In this document: positions 61,101-64,000 of the stretch, piece by piece
How the letters are laid out: every line of letters starts with the position of its first letter
How positions within the stretch are numbered: position 1 is the first letter of the stretch
Made by a program: the position numbers and the translations under genes
Notes under the pieces: generated by a model
Databases searched by the model: none
What the model was told of the DNA's origin: nothing
The model's input: the letters and a program-made list of their open reading frames with translations, nothing else
Assembly (NCBI GenBank): GCA_002839765.1
Contig: PGYR01000005.1
Coordinates: 1-64,000 of the forward strand
From: Ignavibacteriae bacterium HGW-Ignavibacteriae-4
Lineage (GTDB): Bacteria; Bacteroidota; Ignavibacteria; Kapaibacteriales; UBA2268
Length of the DNA stretch: 64,000 nucleotides
Reading direction: 5' to 3'

Positions 61101-64000
61101 TGGAGACGATAGACTAATCCTACGTACTACTGATGGTGGTACTGTATGGGAAGAAGTTGTTCCTCCAATCCCTAATTATGACTTAACAAAAATCTTCTTT
61201 ACAAGTGTTAGTAAAGGTTTTATCATCGGTGAAAAAGGTACATTGTTATCTACTACTGATGGTGGTGATTCATGGCATACAGTTGCAACTGGTACAGCTG
61301 CTAACTTGACTGACATTGTATTCACATCTTCTACTAAAGGTTTCATTACTACAGTTTATGGCGATATATTAGCTACAACTGATGGTGGTGCTACTTGGAC
61401 ATTAATGAAAGACATAACAAGATTCGGTTTACAAGGTATTCACTTTGCTTCTAATTCAGTAGGATACGCTGTAGGTGACTATGGTACTCTATTGAAAACA
61501 GAAGATGGCGGTGCTACTTGGAACGAAACAAATCCTGCAAACGCTGGTCACTATGATGTAGCTAGAATGCACCCAGGTACTAACATTCCAGAAAATGGTG
61601 TTGGTCTTGGTGGAGCAATTTACATCTTAGACAATGCTGATGTTAATCAATTGAACAGAACTGATTCAGTTTCTTTCAACCGTGTTAGAATGTTAAATAA
61701 CACTGCCTATACTGGTGCTGCTATCTATTCTGATAACTTTGATTTGAAATTGATCTTCGGTAGATCATTAATTTCTGCTAATACTGCTTTATCTGATATT
61801 GGAGTTGAACAAAATACTATTTCTGGTCCTATCGTATTAGATGGTAACAATGGTATTTCTTCTAACGAAGCATCTTCTGATTTAGCAAGTGCTGTTATAT
61901 ATGGTGAAATGCAAGGTCCACTACCAGTAGGTACAGGTCCAGTTGCAGGTAACTCTGTATATGGTAACAACGCAAGATTTATTGTTCGTTTACCTGATGC
62001 TCCTAATACTAAAGGTGTTTTAGCTGGTAACCTTGGCTTAGGTCTTGGTGGTACTAACCCACTTAACGGTAACTTCTGGGGTAGAACTCAAGCAAACATA
62101 ACTGTAGATGTAATTAATGACTTAGGTTATCCATTAGCTTTGAATGAAACATTCTTCATCGCTGGTGATAATACATCTCCATTACCGTTTGTTAGAAATT
62201 CTGCTAATCCATTAGAGCAAGGTCCATTCGAATCTATATTCGATGAATATACTTATACTCCTATATTATTAGAAAATGTAACTGGTGATGAGAATACACC
62301 TGCTGCTACTAGTATCAATGAAAAAGTATTGATGTCTGGTAAAATCTATGACTTATATGACAAAGGTACTGATATTAAAACTGCTGATTACTCTAAGAGA
62401 ATCATGTCTCCAATTGAAGACTTTGCAGTTGGTATTCCTTACTCTACAAGAAGATTTGTAGCTCCTGCTCAACCTTCTGATGGAAAATATGTAAGAAGAA
62501 CAACTAGAGATCCTTATTGTGTTGGATTGTTAGATGATAATGGTGATTTGAAATTCCCTTATATCACTGCACTTCAATCTGAGTTTATGCCTGATAACAA
62601 TGGTAATTTCTACCACCCTATCGGATACCCATTATACTTAGAATCACATGCAGATTATGATGGCTTTGCTGAAAGAAGCAACCACATTCCTGAAACTACA
62701 AATGAAACAGTATTCTTCGTTATAAACGAAACTACTGGTGATTATATCAGAACTAACTTGCAACAAGTTTCTGAAACTGCTCCTTATAGAGAAGTCTTCA
62801 GATCTAGAGTTGAGTTTGTTCCTGATTCAACAAACAGAAATCCAAATACACTTTATAGAAGAACTTCTGAAGGTCTATTTAACTTTGGTGCTGGATTTAG
62901 TTTATTAGCTAAATTAGAAGATAATGCTTATAATGAAGTTGGTGCATCTGTACCAGGTAGAAAATATGAAGCTGATTTCAGACAATTAGGTAAAGTTTCT
63001 GACTTGTTCAGTAACAGACCTGCTATTGATGATCCTTCTAATATTACTGAAGATATCGTAACTTATTTTGCTGGTGAGAGATATGAAGCTCTTCCTGTAG
63101 ATACAGGTGACGTTATTAGAGTAATTTCTAGACAAGTACTATGGAAAGAAGGTGTTATTGCTGCTTATGACGATGGTATGGAATTCAAAATTGTTAGAGC
63201 TACTCTTCCTCCAGAATTTACTGGTAACATAGTTGCTTTACAACAAGATACAATTATGAAAATTATTCCTTCTAAGGATCCAATAAGAAGAGCTAATAAC
63301 ATAATGGATACTGTTTATTATGATGATTTCACTAATAGAATATTCGTTACTGAAGATAGAACTTATCCGGGTAACTATGCGGATGGTAGAGATAGTATCT
63401 TAGCTATTACAGCTGTTGATTCTAACAATTTCTACGATCCACGTTCTTTGGCTGATCCAGATAACTATACTTACTTAACTTATACTTGGGATGTTCCTAG
63501 CAACTCTGGTTTAGCTAATTGGTTACAAGCAGATACTATATACTCTAGTAATGCTAATAACATTAAAGATAATGCTAACGGTTATGTTGTATTAAAAGGT
63601 CATCCAGTTAACCCTTATGTAGTACCAGGTGGTGAGAAAGTTTCTGTTTCTGCTGCAAACTATCCTCCTCACTACAGAACATTAGATTCTATGGTTGCTT
63701 CTGGGTTATTTACTCAAGAACAAATCGACAAGTTTATCGAAACTTATGGTCCTTACTTCAATGCTGGATCATATGATGTAGATAGAGCTAGATACTTACA
63801 ACAAGATACTATCAACGTTGGTGGTGCTAATGGTTGGAAAACTGAATATCAATTTGAATTATTCGTAGTTGATCAACCACCAGTTTACTTAGACGAAGAT
63901 TATACTGCTGAGACTCTTAATAGATATGAGTCTGATGGAGTTACTGTTAAAGATGTTATAGCTGAGTATGTACCAACTGTACTAACTTGTGATAAAACAA
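58117..64000 (+). CDS. giant secreted protein (>1,960 aa, 3' end outside window): Pmp-type FxxN/GGAIY parallel beta-helix repeats interrupted by BNR/Asp-box beta-propeller
   Basis: ATG at 58117 preceded by GGAGG; signal peptide MQRLIRLCVLVAFAFILSSSSGYAQ; frame 1 stays open to window end (checked at 59998, 61021, 63961); no minus-strand ORFs of note; >=9 GGAIY/GGAV units each preceded by F(E/N/S)GN; 8 S/T-x-D-x-G-x-T-W repeats between ~60750 and 61520. Confidence 0.75.
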   Translation, partial: MQRLIRLCVLVAFAFILSSSSGYAQKTVKISGRIAPGEVRVFVKDSIYTVEREYVVGGTLIIEPGTTVYFHPNGRLIDSTGGRIIADGFAEATYTAAPHGIDPLGIAGSPQNPFSWTGYADVRYFLFDGNNSPSPDVHRTIDVKTVRDKSVHPNKYNYLFNVVLNRSTRQITELNPLNAASVISDPNTDIITFEEAIMFVAGRLNQDPNNDVNLNVKPWSRIGGRSVNVIQDKIRFVGQPINNVSVEWGHIIVLPGARSAFFRNATFENFKKDTTVDSDPLYNQSGANSAWAAVNKKINMLTNGSGGAITTFSSRTWLLNVEFSGNTSRFKGGALQLLQAPSEIPTTIDRTQINAMVGTYASNKNPNITDRDGNPSTVIVQNPIPAIDLIDEAGAEPLSDYARMGHDDGRLALYLGRMRNLTFTNNKVQLANYGQTTVGTPPVKIVSDLLNEPAMYPQVYGNTAFGGAVYMSGTEGQENRKIDVGFGINNSIMINGTEVDFNTPDTFTANGNEANNYQANGSSSGSRGGAIYAGRYTSLQVAGHFEGNKTAAKYLTDETVGSVAGLYSMGGAIYVENSLNRLFVKGGPARESEGNATRFEGNTSGAGGAIYVDGNSNPVLTTIIGGSDALLKTRDYGYDIQFNNNSAISWGGAIYSKRQGSITGAGGINVNELIGYGGKFPIRFEGNTAGYAGGAVHFQIPIADNPPYFQRAVQLSRALFLNNTVGMNVADKNLGQLRGGGAIYSAGGDLNLVKGVEFNGNTVYNGNGGAVSMVEPFNLNRRYFASDADYISYDSKDVAVGMSSRDDVFTYGAVSFPPDSRMLTQFKGNQAISEERAAGEMGSGSTQFAEGVFRSRSPLLATYFTTAQTGYAVGLFGTIIKFKNGGDTWEYPTSNTNHRLTDVEFVNANTGYIVGAQGIMKKTTDAGSTWFNINTNTLNQFNDFYSIGQNDLYAVTNNGLIYESHDAGATWNTMQPQQQNLNGVYYGSLNSGFVVGDDRLILRTTDGGTVWEEVVPPIPNYDLTKIFFTSVSKGFIIGEKGTLLSTTDGGDSWHTVATGTAANLTDIVFTSSTKGFITTVYGDILATTDGGATWTLMKDITRFGLQGIHFASNSVGYAVGDYGTLLKTEDGGATWNETNPANAGHYDVARMHPGTNIPENGVGLGGAIYILDNADVNQLNRTDSVSFNRVRMLNNTAYTGAAIYSDNFDLKLIFGRSLISANTALSDIGVEQNTISGPIVLDGNNGISSNEASSDLASAVIYGEMQGPLPVGTGPVAGNSVYGNNARFIVRLPDAPNTKGVLAGNLGLGLGGTNPLNGNFWGRTQANITVDVINDLGYPLALNETFFIAGDNTSPLPFVRNSANPLEQGPFESIFDEYTYTPILLENVTGDENTPAATSINEKVLMSGKIYDLYDKGTDIKTADYSKRIMSPIEDFAVGIPYSTRRFVAPAQPSDGKYVRRTTRDPYCVGLLDDNGDLKFPYITALQSEFMPDNNGNFYHPIGYPLYLESHADYDGFAERSNHIPETTNETVFFVINETTGDYIRTNLQQVSETAPYREVFRSRVEFVPDSTNRNPNTLYRRTSEGLFNFGAGFSLLAKLEDNAYNEVGASVPGRKYEADFRQLGKVSDLFSNRPAIDDPSNITEDIVTYFAGERYEALPVDTGDVIRVISRQVLWKEGVIAAYDDGMEFKIVRATLPPEFTGNIVALQQDTIMKIIPSKDPIRRANNIMDTVYYDDFTNRIFVTEDRTYPGNYADGRDSILAITAVDSNNFYDPRSLADPDNYTYLTYTWDVPSNSGLANWLQADTIYSSNANNIKDNANGYVVLKGHPVNPYVVPGGEKVSVSAANYPPHYRTLDSMVASGLFTQEQIDKFIETYGPYFNAGSYDVDRARYLQQDTINVGGANGWKTEYQFELFVVDQPPVYLDEDYTAETLNRYESDGVTVKDVIAEYVPTVLTCDKT

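Noticed and set aside
1-64000. Search for CRISPR arrays, rRNA and tRNA genes
   Set aside because: No evenly spaced short direct repeats with unique spacers. No GTTCGAATC/T-loop-like tRNA signatures in the few intergenic regions. All long intergenic tracts are AT-rich promoter-like sequence.

Overview
AT-rich (roughly mid-30s % GC) chromosomal segment, almost certainly from a Bacteroidota-like organism. Evidence: many secreted proteins ending in T9SS C-terminal sorting domains, a batA/C/D/E aerotolerance operon, fused E1 alpha/beta dehydrogenase, K/A-rich histone-like tail. Gene density is high and most genes lie on the minus strand up to about 44 kb. Housekeeping content: ppsA, rlmF, DbpA-like DEAD-box helicase, AlsS-type acetolactate synthase, flotillin/NfeD pair, RluA-family pseudouridine synthase, PolX, gatB, two ECF sigma/anti-sigma pairs, tandem TetR paralogs, tandem OMP beta-barrel paralogs. 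Accessory content: a complete arsenic island (arsR, ArsI-like lyase, ACR3, two arsC, VIT transporter, thioredoxin-like protein, OsmC, ArsP). The last ~5.9 kb is one giant secreted protein (>1,960 aa, runs off the window, absent from the supplied ORF track) built from Pmp-type FxxN/GGAIY beta-helix repeats interrupted by a BNR (S-x-D-x-G-x-T-W) beta-propeller. Structural observations I consider most worth follow-up: (i) three separate gene units, two of them COG1373/DUF4143 AAA+ ATPases, are each bracketed by their own pair of near-perfect 29-50 bp direct repeats that contain a perfect palindrome; (ii) ppsA sits between two ~160-bp copies of the 3' part of rlmF; (iii) a strongly AT-skewed 596-aa orphan gene (35210..37000) has no recognisable family and looks horizontally acquired; (iv) three consecutive genes share a conserved upstream motif; (v) at least two genes have clearly conserved N-termini that begin upstream of the first ATG/GTG/TTG. 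No rRNA, tRNA or CRISPR array was recognised.
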